A stretch of 63,525 nt of DNA, filler included, from Hyphochytrium catenoides (GCA_900088475.1; 8 parts of 8 records of this genome joined end to end with filler, not necessarily neighbours in it), one strand, 5' to 3'. Positions 40,087 to 53,030 are shown, counted from the whole stretch's first letter. Program-made: numbers and translations. Notes: a model not told the origin generated them from the letters alone.

Positions 40087-40560
40087 ATGGTGGAAGACGA
40101 AGCCCTCTGGCTTGCCCAGCGGCAATTGATTGGTCGGTACTTTGATAATGAGTACATGCCAAGCTTTCATTTCGCAGCCCTTATCGGAGATACGGAGTGG
40201 ATGGAGATCCTGCTTGATGGTGAGGACAAGGAGTCGATCCGGACGATAATTGAGAAGCCCATAGGGTTTCTAACCGATAGCGCCCAAGAGCTATTAGCTC
40301 TCCATGGGGTACACTATCCTGAAAAGCTGTCCCATGGCCTCAGACCACTAGCCCTAGCTGTTATTGGCGGTAACATTGAACCTCTCGAAGTGTTGTTGAG
40401 ACATAATGCGGACCCATGGACCATTGTCGAGGGCGGAGTCTCTGCAGTTGAGCTGGCTTGCATGCTCAGGAGGCCACAACTTGCCAAGATGCTCCACGGT
40501 ACGTCATTCTTTCTGGTCAACTGGATATTACTTCCTGACGAGATGCCCTTCGTACTGTAG
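40087..40560 (+). CDS. Ankyrin-repeat protein, first exon; further exons probably follow downstream
   Basis: FHFAALIGDTEWMEILL, PLALAVIGGNIEPLEVLLRHNADP and SAVELACMLRRPQLAKML are ankyrin-like; a GT donor lies near 40499. Confidence 0.7.
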   Translation: MVEDEALWLAQRQLIGRYFDNEYMPSFHFAALIGDTEWMEILLDGEDKESIRTIIEKPIGFLTDSAQELLALHGVHYPEKLSHGLRPLALAVIGGNIEPLEVLLRHNADPWTIVEGGVSAVELACMLRRPQLAKMLHGTSFFLVNWILLPDEMPFVL

Positions 40561-41676
40561 GTAGAAGCTCTTACAAGGGGTCCAGTGGTCCCTGTCCGCT
40601 GCTTAGAGTGAATGGCCAGGCACAACCCGGGCAGAAGGCGCTTGGGGCTTCAACTCCCTTGGCAGCATAGATATTTATTTTAGTGTGCCAACGCCTATGT
40701 ATATGAAGGGAGGTTTTCTCATAGCCTTTATGGTTGCCTTCCTTTGCAGTCTAGGGAGGTATATTCTTCCAAGACGGGGGAAGAAGCGGTTCTAGTCCTC
40801 CATGGCTGTACTGGGGGTAGGGTCATATTCTCCCCTATTCGCTGAAGATTAGGGCCGCGCGGCCCTGTGGAGGCTCTTCCCGGCATTGCTGGTGCATGCT
40901 ATGCTGCCTTTCCCCGCTCTCCTCGCCTCGCAGTGAGGAACATGGATTTAACCATTTGCACAAACCATAGCAGATTCAGGCCATTGCTAGCGATGTTCCC
41001 GATAAAGAAGATGGCGAAGACTGTAATAGAATGCGCTTCGCCTGCTGCAAGGATCTAATGCAAACGGTATTAAAGTTGAGATTTGTTGGAGTGACCAGCT
41101 AGTCAGTTTACCTTCAACATGTCGCCCCACCATTTAATGGAGGCGGTTATGCCCACCACTATTCTTACCACAAAGAAGCTCAGGAAGAAGCCGTACTGTC
41201 ATCCAAGGATCGTCAGTGCCAAGAAATCGGCTGGATGGAACACTGAAAAATGATGCGCACCTGAAGAAGCTTAAAAAGATAGCTATCTGTGCGGCCCGCC
41301 TTTATCATGGCCCATCGCAAGTGAAGGAAAGGCGTGCTGGCCTCATAGCCAAGGAATAGTAGACCGTGATGGTGTAGGAAAGGGTGCTGTACAGAGCTAA
41401 GGGATTAGAGACCACTACGCTGATGGAATAGGGTATACGGAGCTTACCAGGCCTAAGAGGTACAATGTGAAGCATACCACGCCATGGAGCAGGAATTCGA
41501 AGCCCCAGCCATACATAAGGCACACAAGGATGTCCCAGAGAAAGTACCCACAAGCCACGCTGAATAATAGCTGAGAGGCTAAGGTCTGGATTAGTCTAAG
41601 CCTTGATAACAGTAAGTACGCGGCATCGTTCCTACCCTCCGAGTATCCATAAATTGGGTCCTTGGCAAGGCTCTCC

Positions 41677-41776
41677 NNNNNNNNNNNNNNNNNNNNNNNN
41701 NNNNNNNNNNNNNNNNNNNNTTAATTAATTAANNNNNNNNNNNNNNNNNNNNNNNNNNNNNNNNNNNNNNNNNNNN
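41677..41776. other. Artificial contig spacer
   Basis: 44N-TTAATTAATTAA-44N. Confidence 0.97.
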
Positions 41777-41842
41777 ATTAACAACTTCTTCTTCTTTGAT
41801 GGCGTGGAGGGATCGGGAACAGTGAAGAAGATCGCCCCATAA
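41777..41842 (+). CDS. SUMO-activating enzyme subunit 1 (SAE1/Aos1)-like, extreme C-terminus only
   Basis: INNFFFFDGVEGSGTVKKIAP* resembles the NNFFFFDG..G.G.V end of SAE1/Aos1; only 21 codons are visible. Confidence 0.65.
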   Translation: MNNFFFFDGVEGSGTVKKIAP

Positions 41843-42141
41843 GCATCCTTTTTTTGCCTCCGGCGCTGTGGCCACATGATCTTGCAAGGCTTCAAGCATC
41901 CTGTCCCATCCCATTTCTCTCTCTCTCTCTCGCTCTGTCCCCGCTCACCCTATCCTTGATCCGTCGCCTCCTATGCTGTGCCAGAGGGACGCATCCACTT
42001 TGTCCTTCCTCCCTCATCCATCGGAAAATGGAGGCCAAGGGCACCGTCTTGCTTCTTCCTTCCCTCTCTCCTTTCTCTTTTCCATTGTCTCTCTCTCTCT
42101 CTCTCTTTCTCCTCTGATTTGTCAACCTGACAGGGAAAGAG

Positions 42142-42383
42142 CTAGAGCATATTCTCTCTTGTCCAAGTGTTGCCACACTTCACGCAGCGGACGAGCACTC
42201 GCATTGCTCCGGCCTGATCCTTGTTGCCCCACGTCTCTGACTTGCCAATATCCCTGCTATGTCCTGAGAGAACCTGGTACATGGTCTCTTCACTTCCGCA
42301 AGCCTGACAGAGGAAAGAGGTCGATGGATACTCGGCTCTCTCTGCCTCTCGACCCGCTTCAAGGGCGCTGTATGGGGAAGGAT

Positions 42384-42414
<31 letters not shown>

Positions 42415-43318
42415 GGAGAAAATAAGTGTATCTCTATCTTTCTCTCCTCTCTCTTAAGCTTCGCCCCTGCTTTAACCATTAAACGCTCTCCTCTTTCTGC
42501 TCTGTGACTGTCTGCGATTCTATCCTTACTGTCTCTCTCCTCGGTTTCTCTCCCCTTCTTTTCACCTGTCTTTAGCCTCGTTCCCTTCCAATGCCAATCT
42601 TGCTTACTCCTCTTCCCTGTCTCTCCTTCTCTCTTTCTCTCTCTCCGTTAAGCTCGTAGATTCTCTTTCAATACTCTTCAAGCTCTTTCTTCTCGTTGCC
42701 CTCTCTTCTTACCTCTCAAAGTGCTCCTGTCGCTCCTTCTGAAGGCTCTCGTGGGCCAGCTCAAGGTGACTCCGCTCACAGAGCGCCTCAGGCGCCAAAA
42801 TCTTGGAAGAAGAAGAAGAAGAAAGAAATCCAAGGTTGACAGAGGGGAAAGCGGTCAATCTACTGCGTAGAGAATGAGAGAAGACAGTCCCATCCTTGAA
42901 TGCCTCTATAAGAGCATCCAGACTCTAAGGAGAGAACAAAGAGAGAGAGCAATACGCGCGAGGAGAGAAACAAAGAGTGAAGGCGACCGACGGGAGAGAG
43001 AGAGAGTAGAAGCTTACCCTGTCAAGCACCTCTTTTCTAAGAGACGCATTTCGTCTGTCTGCCAAATTATGGTAGAGCGATCGACACTTGGCAGCATAGC
43101 TCTACGGGGATCAAAGAGGAAATGGATAAGAAAGGAAACCACACTGTTTCCGAGCTCTCTCGCCCGGGGAAGGAGAGAGAGAGAAAGGAGGGCGAGGGAA
43201 CAGAGAGAACAGAAAGAGAGAAAGGAAAGGGCTTTAGGTCTCCCTACCTCGTTGATGCCTTCAAAGTGAGCATACAGAGCGGCTTCAATGTCAGCGGCAA
43301 GCCCAGGGATGTCATAGC
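42142..43318 (-). CDS. TFIIS-like protein (central TFS2M domain + C-terminal C4 zinc ribbon), 5' part missing
   Basis: LAADIEAALYAHF / SYAAKCRSLYHNLADRRNASLRKEVL / ILAPEALCERSHLELAHESLQKER (TFIIS domain II), then FLCQACGS...VRCVKCGNTW*. Confidence 0.8.
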
Positions 43319-43418
43319 NNNNNNNNNNNNNNNNNNNNNNNNNNNNNNNNNNNNNNNNNNNNTTAATTAATTAANNNNNNNNNNNNNNNNNNNNNNNNNN
43401 NNNNNNNNNNNNNNNNNN
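43319..43418. other. Artificial contig spacer
   Basis: 44N-TTAATTAATTAA-44N. Confidence 0.97.
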
Positions 43419-43621
43419 GAGAGAGTGAGGAGAAAAGAGAGAGACAAAGGAGAGAAAAGGCTGAAAGCATGCTCTGCACCTAGGAGGCCGAACCGCTTGC
43501 CCTGCCGTGGGATGTCCTCGAAGCAGATGCCACAGATGAACTCGGAGTCTCTCCCGCTCCTAGCGTTCGGCTGTGTGCAATCCGAGGCTGAGGGAGAACA
43601 GAAGAGAGTTAACACTCAGCA

Positions 43622-43652
<31 letters not shown>

Positions 43653-44397
43653 GCAAGTATCGTGGCCCCAGAGGCGACTCTATGGTGGGAGATGTTCAGA
43701 ATAACAGCCGAAACAGATGTCAGAAAGAGATGAAAGAGGACTCAAAAAGCGGCAGAGAGAGAACAGAGACAGAGGGGGACAGAGAGTGAGAGACACAGAC
43801 ACACAGAGAGCGAGAGAGAGAGAGAGAACAGACACACACAGAGAGAACAGAGACAGAGAGAGAAAGAACAGACAGACAGACAGAGAGAGGACAGACAGAC
43901 AAAAAGAAAGAGACACAGAGAGTGAGAGAGAAGGGNNNNNNNNNNNNNNNNNNNNNNNNGAGAAGGAGACAGAGAGAGAGAGAGAGACAGAGAGACACAG
44001 AGAGAGAGAGACGGACTTAAGAAAAAGTATACATATTTAGCAAGCAGAAAGTATTGTGGAGGTGGCGAGTTTAGAGAGCCATCTTCTCAGCATAACGCAG
44101 AGACCGGGCGAGAGAGAGAGAGAGAGAGAGAAAGAGAAAGTGACTCAAGCTTGCTAACAGCCAAAAAGGAGAAAGAAAGAGACAGGCATCCTGACCTTCA
44201 TCTCCTGTGTCCTGATGGATGAACCTGCACCGCGCGCCATACTTGCAGTTCCCTTCTTGGTAGAAATGACAGACGACGCGCCCTGCGCTGCCCTGGAGCG
44301 GCCCGTGAGAGAAGCTGCAGGCGGCGCCGAACCTGCAGGCGCCGAGGGCGAAGAACCTACAGGGCGGGCGGAGAGCGTCCTCGACCGGAAAGTTCAT
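43419..44397 (-). CDS. Makorin-like CCCH zinc-finger/RING E3 ligase, 3' part missing
   Basis: Two CCCH fingers (CRFFALGACRFGAACSFSH; CHFYQEGNCKYGARCRFIH) followed by the RING start ICGICFEDIPRQGKRFGLL. Confidence 0.8.
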
Positions 44398-44416
44398 CGT
44401 GCCTGGAGAGAAAGAG

Positions 44417-44447
<31 letters not shown>

Positions 44448-45418
44448 NNNNNNNNNNNNNNNNNNNNNNNNNNNNNNNNNNNNNNNNNNNNAGAGAGAGA
44501 GAGTAACGGAGTGAGATGTTATAGAGAAAGAGGTTACAGACAGAGGGCGAAGGAAGAGATAGGAAGAAAAGAGTGTGGATACAGAGTAAGAGAGAAAGAC
44601 AGACAGAGAGAAAGAGAGCAAGTAAGAGAGAGAATGTGTGTCAATACCACCGAAGGTTGGGGAAGGTCGAAGAATCTCTGCAATTTGTGAGAAGGGAACT
44701 CGCCCAACTCAGCGTTGCAAAAGGGATAGACAGAACAGGCGTGACGAGGGAGAGAGAGAGAGAGAGACAGAGAGAGACAGAGACAGAGACAGAGACAGAA
44801 AATGAAGAGAGAAAAAGGAGAGAGAGAGAGAGAGAGAGACAGAGAGAGAGAGAGAGATGATCGGGAGAACTATAGAAAGCCAAACCAACCAAGGAGATCC
44901 GGCGTTGACGGTGAGAGTGAAAAGAGAGAACAGGACGGGTAGAGAAAGGAACGAGAGGAGAGAGAAGAGACACAGGAGAGAGAGAGACCCGGCCGCGTAC
45001 CTGAGTAATCTTAGCATCGAGCGAGCAGCCTCCTGACGAAAATAGACTCCTGAGAAGGAGCGAGGACCAGGAGAGACACAAAGAGATCGGCAGCAGCCTC
45101 AGACTATAGACGATGGCGCCTGCGCTCTCTTTTCTTCCTCTCTCTCTTTCTCTCTCTCTCTCTTTTCTTTTTCTCTCTCCTTTCTCGTTCTGCTGCTCCT
45201 CAAGTCTCCAGGTCAAGTGCTTCCAAGGCGGCGGCCGATGGCAGAATGTCGGCAGGGAGCAAAGGTCTTGGCGTGCTTCTCCTCTCTTCTCTTCTCTCTC
45301 CTGTTCTGTCGCGTCTGTCTGCGACTTTAAGCTCCTCTTGTATGAGCCTTCCCCTCATCATGCGTCTCTCTCTCTCTCTCGCTCTCTCTCTCTCTCCCCT
45401 GTCCCTCTCTCTCTCTCT

Positions 45419-45518
45419 NNNNNNNNNNNNNNNNNNNNNNNNNNNNNNNNNNNNNNNNNNNNTTAATTAATTAANNNNNNNNNNNNNNNNNNNNNNNNNN
45501 NNNNNNNNNNNNNNNNNN
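45419..45518. other. Artificial contig spacer
   Basis: 44N-TTAATTAATTAA-44N. Confidence 0.97.
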
Positions 45519-46593
45519 GGAGCTTGTCCTTGTGATGAATGAATATCCACGAGAGCCGCATGAGCTGCGACATCCGCCACTCCGGAGGGAGAAGGGCCGC
45601 TGTAGGGATAAGGAGAAGGCGCAGGTGTCTCTCCTCTTCCAGAAAGAGACGCAGAAGAGAGAGGAACGGATCGTCCATCTAAGAAATAGTCAAAGGTAGG
45701 AGGGAGGATGATGGAAGGCGAAGGGAGAGAGCTTGCCGTCTGCATTTGGCCGAGAAGCAGCTCTGAAGGCAGGAGAAGCCCTGAGAGGCCTTGCATGTCT
45801 TCATACTCTTTCCAAGGAGAAGACGCCGGGATATCGGTCCGAAGAAAGAGTTCTTCATGGACTTTTGAGGCTTCCCGTGTGCCTGCCATCCTTTCTCTCT
45901 TGCTGGGACGTCAAGCAGAGGAGAGAGAAGAGAGAGAAAGATGGCCGTGAGAGAGCGTGCGAGAGAGAGAGAGACTTGAGAGGAAAGAGACGCAACGGCT
46001 TGGACCTCAGGTAAGAAAGGAAGAGAGAGGTAGGGAGAGAGAGAGAGAGAGAGAGAGAGGCGCAGAGAAGACAAGAGAAGATATCAAAGAGAGAGAGATA
46101 GCGAGCTATGGCCTACGATCTTTCTAGGCTGACAAGTCTGGAGGGTAATGCTTTTCTCGCGGAGAGAAGGTGCCTGATTGGCCTGGAAAAGAGAGGGGAG
46201 AGGGAGAAACAAGAGAGAGAGAGAGAGACTAGGAGAAGGAGAGAGTTTTCCAATGTTGGCAGGGAGATAAAAGAATCCCGTCAGCGGGGGAGAGAGGAAG
46301 AAGCAAAGTGACGAAGCGTCAGCAGATCGCGAGAGCTGACATCCATAAAGCGGACGAAGTCCATGGACGAGAGCAGGCGCATCAGAGCAGAAGCAGAGAA
46401 GAGAGAGAGAGAGACAACGAGAGCAAGAAACAGCCAGAGAGCAAGAGAAGAGAGAAGGAAAAGGCAAGGAGGAGCGAGAGCAAGAGAAGAGAGAGAGGGA
46501 CAGAGAGAGAGAAAGAGAGAAAGGAGAAGAGAGAGAGAAGAGGAAAGAAGCTGAGAGGAGTCACCGAGAGAAATAAAAGAAGAGAGAGAGAGG

Positions 46594-46632
<39 letters not shown>

Positions 46633-47401
46633 TCTAGCACCTTTTGGGGTCCACCGGCCTTAATATATGGGAGAAGAGAGTCCCAACACAACGGTCCGAA
46701 AGAACCTTTCTCCTGGCCTGTCTTCTCTCTCTTCGGCCTCTTGGTCCGCCTGCTGGATCTCGCTTTCTCCTTTTTTTCTGCTGCCGATCACCGGTTGCGA
46801 CAGGCAGTTGCAGTGCTTTCAAACTTCGTGGAGCTGCGGTTATTTTGCTTCTGGCAGGAGAGAGAGACGAAGAGAGAGAGTCAAGAGAGAGACACACGCA
46901 GCAGANNNNNNNNNNNNNNNNNNNNNNNNNNGAGAGAGAGAGAGAGAGAGAGAGAAGTAGTTGGAAGATGTTGGGTGGTAGGAGACTGGGAGAAGAGGAG
47001 CAAGGACGAGGGGACGAAAAGGAGAGAGAGAAAAAGAGACAAGAGAGGGAGGGACGGGAAGAGAGAGGAAGAGTGAGAGAGAAAAGAGAGTCAGTCAAGG
47101 TGAGGGCAGTTAAAAAGAGTTCCAATGAGCCTCAGTCGCCTCTGTGGCTGTCAGTTCCTGCTGCTGCACCAATATCTGCTGTGGCGATAGGCGCAACAAC
47201 CCTTTCTTCCTCTCTCTCCCTCTCTCTTTCTCTCTCTCGCTGCTACTTCTCCTCTCTCTCTCTCTTACCTCTTACCTCTCCCCTCTCCTCTCTCTTCCCT
47301 CTCCCCACGCTCGCTCTCCCTCTCGTCTTTCTCTGTCTCTCTCCCTGTGTCTCCTAAAGCACTTTCTCTCCCTCACGCCCCATCCCTACTTTGTCTTTGT
47401 C

Positions 47402-47417
47402 ACTCTTTCTCTCTCTC

Positions 47418-47498
<81 letters not shown>

Positions 47499-47520
47499 GT
47501 CTCTCTGTCTATTTCTCTCT
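47402..47520. repeat. Long (CT)n microsatellite, representative of many (also ~3880-4040, 18305-18490, 37710-37880, 43750-44010, 46390-46630)
   Basis: Read directly. Most internal N-gaps abut such tracts. Confidence 0.97.
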
Positions 47521-48180
47521 ATGAACTACTCTGTCTGTGCGTCTAACCTCAGTTATGAATCTTCTCAGTGTGCCTCTCTAGACTCTGTCTCTGTTTGGTC
47601 TTGCGCTCTCGCAGAGTACTTTGTGGAGTTGGAACAAGAAAAGGACTCACGTGCGGGGGATGGGGAGACAGAGTAGGAGAGAGACATTCAGTGGGTTGTG
47701 GATGAGGCACAGAGCAAGTACAGTTGAGACAGAGTAGCCTTGAAACATAGGATATTCTAGGACGAGAGATCAAGAGAAAAGGGTAGGACAGTTAGTCGTA
47801 AGAGACAGAGGACGAAGAGTCATCTAAGTCTTGACAAGTTTCGGCTTGTCAAAAAAAAATGTATTTTTAGGGAATGGAGAAAATGCACGATTTCTGAGAT
47901 GTAATCTGCCGAGACAGAGTCAACAACTCTAGGGGTCTTTCCTTAATATTGAGAGAAAATAGATATAGGACAGCTAATGAATGGTCTCACTCTCTGAGAA
48001 CTAGTAGGTAAAGAATATTTATAGCTTGACCGTATTATTACTCGCCTTGGAAAGCCAATTCCCCGGATTTAATTCTTTTTATTGATTTATTGGCGCTTTC
48101 TTTATAAAAATCTATTGTGTAGCAGTTAAGAGACAAAAAGGGAGGGGGAGACAGAGAGAGAGAGAGAGTGGGAGAAAGAA

Positions 48181-48215
<35 letters not shown>

Positions 48216-48537
48216 ACAGAACTACCGTTTTATTACAGCTACAACTACCTGTCGCTTCTCCTCCTGGGACGACTTCTTCTGCCTCTTCATCCTGATGGGT
48301 CGCCGGTTCGTCAGTCCCCTTATTATTAGCCTGCGGTGGTCCGGTGAGAGAGAGAAGAAACGAGAGACGATAAAGAGAGATTATAAAAGTGTGATCGGAT
48401 TATAAGAGGGAAAGGGAGAGAGTCAAGAAAGGGAAGAAGAGAGAGACTCGCAGAGGTGACCGGCCGTCTAACCGTCCTTTAACAGCCTCCGCCTCCTGAA
48501 CAGACAAGAGAGGGGAGCTAGAGAGAGAGAGAGAGAG

Positions 48538-48570
<33 letters not shown>

Positions 48571-50415
48571 CAAAGAGAGAGATAGAACGTTGAAAAGAGG
48601 ATACAGGAGGTAGAACGTGGTTTGAGTACTTGAGGATATCACTTGGGCCTCACAAACTCACTCATCTCATCATCTGCTCGTCCCGGTGGCTCGCCTTCTT
48701 CGGGATGAGTAATCTGTCCTTTCTTCCTTCTCGTCGCTTGATAGCTACATTAAGGAGAGAGAGAGAGAGATCTACTGCTTGTGAAAGAGACACAGAAAGA
48801 GAGAGAGAGAGAGAAGCGAGAGACGACAGGAGATAGAAGAGAGAGGTATTGTTGCTTGGATCAGACAGAGTCTAGGATAATATAGCCAGTACGTAGATAC
48901 AGAAGGAGAGAGAGAGAGAGAGAGAGAGAGAAGGGTTGCGAGAAAGAGAGAAAGAATAATGTGACCGGAGGAGGAGAGAGGAGAGACGAAGGAAGAGAGA
49001 GACAGACGACAAGTGTACATAGACAGGACGCTTTTGTGGTGACGGAGGACGAAGGATGATGATGGTGATGATGGCTGAGACGGTCAGAGAGGAAGGAAGA
49101 AAGCCAGAAGGAGAGAGAAAACACGCAACATGAGGAGAGAAGAAAAAAGAGAAAGAGAAAGAGAGAGAAAGGGATAGAGATGATACATAGAGACAGAGAA
49201 GAGGAAAGGAAAGAAAGGGAGGAGAGATAGATAGAAATAGACGAAGTGAGAGACCGAGAAGAAGAGGGCGAAAGAGAGAGAGAGAGACACGAGGGAGAGG
49301 ACGGAGGAGAGAGAAAGAGACATTCTTGAGCGTCATGCAGCCCTTCAGCGTATTGCAGCAGCTCGAATGCCGGGGCCAACAAGAGTGAAGGGACGAAGTC
49401 TTTCTCTTTATGGTCGCCTCCAATCTCCTGTGGACCACAATGATAATGATGAAAATAAAAATGCAGATGTTGAAGAGATGTAAGAGAATTGAAGAGAAAG
49501 AAGGAGAGAGAGAGAGAGAGAGAGAGACTGAGAGAAACGACGCGAGAGAGAGAACAAAGTGGGGTACGTACACCACAGAGATGGAGAGTAACGTCCTCTT
49601 CTCCCCTTTGAGGGAAGGGAGGCAATCATCATCATCAGAAGAGGCGAGGACGAAGACGAAGAAAAGCTGTTGGGAAGAGAGGAGAAGAGACTCACTGTCA
49701 GAAAGAAACTGCCGCGCATTAGAGTGACGCAAGTGAAGCTGGCCTTGGCTGCTGGAATCGGCGATGGACGAATGACGCTGAGATGGAGAAAGAAGAAGAA
49801 GAAGAGAAGAGAGACAAGGCGACAGAATATACATCGCTGGGAACTGAGGAGAAGAAGAAGAGAAGAGAGACGTGACCGACAGGAAAGCGAAAAGACGTGC
49901 GTGAAAAGGCTTATTATAGTGTAGAAGATAGAGAGAAAGAGGGACATCAAGGACGGAGAAGAAGGGAGGGGAATTGAAGGAGAAGAAGAGAAAAATAACA
50001 TCGCGAACAGGGAGAAACGAGCGCCGAGCCCTAGAAGGTGAGTTTCTTTATGATGATGTAGTCCTTTTCCCCTCTTCTCCGTCGTTCACAATCGATCATG
50101 CGCCTTTTTAGGTTGTCCTCCGCTTCTTGCTCTCGCTCTCTCTCTCTCTCTCTCTNNNNNNNNNNNNNNNNNNNNNNNNNNNNNNNNATCTGTTATGTCC
50201 TGCTGGTCGACCGTTTTACGTTGACTAGTTCTTCTTCCTTCGTCGTCATACTGATGAAGGCTTAATGAACCCTCATCATAGTCTTAGCTGTTTTGATTGA
50301 GAAGCTCCTCCCAGGGCCTCATGATGATGTCAACCAGCCCGCGGACACCATCAACATCTCTCCTTGATTCTTCCCTTCTTCTTTCTTACGGATATTAGCA
50401 GGCCAGCAGGCAAGA

Positions 50416-50451
<36 letters not shown>

Positions 50452-50979
50452 GAGAGAGAGAGAGAGAATGAGAGAGAGAGGGAATTAGAGAGAGAGAGAT
50501 GAGAAGTAACAGCTATGCTATCAAGAGAGATCTCCTGGTAGCATGCTTGACGCTACTCTGTCTTCCCGTAGTATATGCGGACATGAACCCTTCAGCTGGT
50601 GAAGGATTCTTTCCCCTAGGAGACCAGCTGTTGCTTGACTGAACAGCGCAACCATCTCCTTCTTCTCCTTCTCATCATCCGTTTTTCTTGCTAACAACAA
50701 TTTGTTCTTTCTCTTCGTTCTCTTCGTTACCAGGCTGCGAGAGCTCAGGAACTGTTGTCTCCTCCTCTTCAACGGCCGTCTGTCGAGAAACCAGCCGTCG
50801 TCAAGGGAGGAGAACGGCGAACTGTTGTCGTTGATAGACATAATAACAGCTGTCATCCATCCTCCTTCTTCTTCTTCTCTCTTCTGATGAGAAAAGACTG
50901 ACCATTTGTAAGAGGACAGGAAGGAGTTACTTTCTTCTTCTCCCAGTGTCGGGCAGTCTTTCTCCTTCGGGTTCTCTCT

Positions 50980-51079
50980 NNNNNNNNNNNNNNNNNNNNN
51001 NNNNNNNNNNNNNNNNNNNNNNNTTAATTAATTAANNNNNNNNNNNNNNNNNNNNNNNNNNNNNNNNNNNNNNNNNNNN
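50980..51079. other. Artificial contig spacer
   Basis: 44N-TTAATTAATTAA-44N. Confidence 0.97.
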
Positions 51080-51371
51080 CTCAAGTCGTCAGTAGTAAGG
51101 GTGGAGAACTACTAGTAGGAGGTAACACACATATAACAGGGAGAGTCCTGCCCAGGCTGACCGCACCGTTGCTCTGGAACGCGATGCACACTTCTTTCGT
51201 CATCGCTTAACAGTGAAGTAGTGTCTTTCGGATTGCAGCATGAGGAGGCCAGCCGCCCGTATGATAGTGTCCAGAGTACCCACACCAGCGTACATCCCCT
51301 ATATCATTATCGAGGGGATCGCTACATCCCCTATAATTTAAATACGATAGGGGATACGACAGAATGAAAAA

Positions 51372-51515
51372 CCTGCTCCTTGCTCATCATCAGTAAAAGA
51401 AGGATCATAGTTGATTTCCTCAGTAATGATGAGCGGAGAAGAAGGAGGAGGAGGAGGTGAACCATCTATCAGCAACCATATCCTCATCAGCAACCATGTC
51501 ATCACCAGCAACCAT
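51372..51515 (-). repeat. Dispersed repeat A, copy 1 (inverted relative to 55881-55990)
   Basis: ctgctcc.tgctcatcatcagtaaa.gaag.atcatagttg...gcggagaagaaggaggaggaggag.tgaacca...agcaaccatgtcatcacca is the reverse complement of 55881-55990, with small indels. Confidence 0.85.
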
Positions 51516-52159
51516 CATTCTTTATTGTGCTGCAAATAGTAGATGAGATAATAATGATGGAAGATAATGAACTCAGGAAGAGAACGCAGAGCTTCAAGGT
51601 TGATCGATATAAGAAAATATAAGGCAAAGGGTCTCAAGAAAAACGGGGCTATGCAGAACGGGTTACTATGCTACCTGTCCTCCCTTATGCAGTCTATCTG
51701 AATGAAGGACCATCTACCGTTTTGCTTCTTAGGCAGATGGCTCTTCATTCACAGATAACAGATATTATATTACATCTTTATACATTAAGGCTGGTCAATC
51801 AATGAATGAAAAGCCATCTTCTGTCCCCTCAGCAGGCAGACGAAGGCGTACAGGAAGATAACGGCACAGGTGGACGAGTTTCAGGTGCATATGTCTCCGT
51901 CCAAACTTTGATGCCAGCCAGGACATCTGGGTCCTTAGGAACTGCCTTGAGGTTAACTATATTTGACAACGCGGGTTGCGAAGTCTTCTTGTCTCCCGCT
52001 ATGTGTCGGCTAATCTCATCGGCCAGTGCTTGCATGCTCAAATTACCCCTTTGCGCCTTCCCATCAGATCAGTCCCGTCGTTGGATCCCCTTCTTACTGC
52101 CAGAGCTTGCTTAAAAGTACGACAGAATGCCTGGTCACGGCCACCAGCGCCCTTCCTTG

Positions 52160-52338
52160 ATGCCTTTTATCACCGTTCTTTTCCTCTGCTCTCTTCTTCT
52201 CCTCTCCTTTCTGCTGCTTCTCCTGCTCCTGTGCTGCCGCTGCTCCAGCCCGTGTTTTTCCTTGCTGCCTTTTATCACCGTTCTTCTCCTCTGCTCTCTT
52301 CTTCCCGTCTCCTTTCTGCTTCTTCTCCTGCTCCTGCC
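52160..52338. repeat. Direct repeat of about 70 bp x2
   Basis: tgccttttatcaccgttctt.tcctctgctctcttcttc...tctcctttctgct.cttctcctgctcctg at ~52160 and ~52267. Confidence 0.85.
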
Positions 52339-52867
52339 CCTGCTTTAGCCCCAGCTCCAGCTCCTGACAATAATAGTAGTGGTTGTTGGTCGTAAGGAGG
52401 ATCTACACTTTTTCCTCTCTCACATCATTGGAGAGGAGGACAAGGAGCTCCCCACCTCCTTGCGATCGGCGGTGGCCCCACAGCCGCTTCCCCTCCATGC
52501 CTGTCCCGGTTCACGAGAAACTACCAACTAGAGAAGGTAGGAAAGAGACTGGCGCGAGAGTCAAGGCAGGGAACAAACAAGGCAGCACACTCAGGGTGCT
52601 GGATGACGAGATGAAAGTTTAGGTTGGAAGCTCTTCCTTATTTGATACAACTACCAGCAATAGGACTAATGGAGATTTTGAGCTCGAGCAAAGCTCGATA
52701 GACTAGTTTTTTTTTTTAGTACAATGAAGCCTTAGTATGCAAAGGCATGAGAGTTGATATGCAGCAAAGAAAGCAGAGAAAGAAAACACTGTCAAGTAAA
52801 AGAGTGAACAGAGTGTTAGAAAAGTGTGGCATTGTAACCAAGAGATCATAGTCTCAAAAAAGAGAAT

Positions 52868-53030
52868 CCTCAATAATGTAGGCCAGAAGTAAGGGAAGAA
52901 GTGAAGTCGGGAAGACAAACCCGTCAAAAAAATATAAGAAACTTTCTAGTGGAAATTGTGAAAGATAAAAACGGAACAAGGGATCAAGAAGAGTATTCCT
53001 TGCGATAGCAGAGATCCCAATAGAGAAGAT
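52868..53030 (+). repeat. Dispersed repeat B, copy 1 (inverted relative to ~58868-59030)
   Basis: ggccagaag.aagggaagaagt.aagtcgg.aaga and atcaagaaga...tattccttgc.atag..gagatccc are shared in opposite orientation. Confidence 0.75.

Noticed and set aside
48861-50001. Long Ser/Leu-rich or Arg/Glu-rich ORFs (also 3739-4191, 5000-5773, 46644-47357)
   Set aside because: They are translations of (CT)n/(GA)n tracts that lack stop codons. Small real exons may be embedded, but I could not identify the genes.
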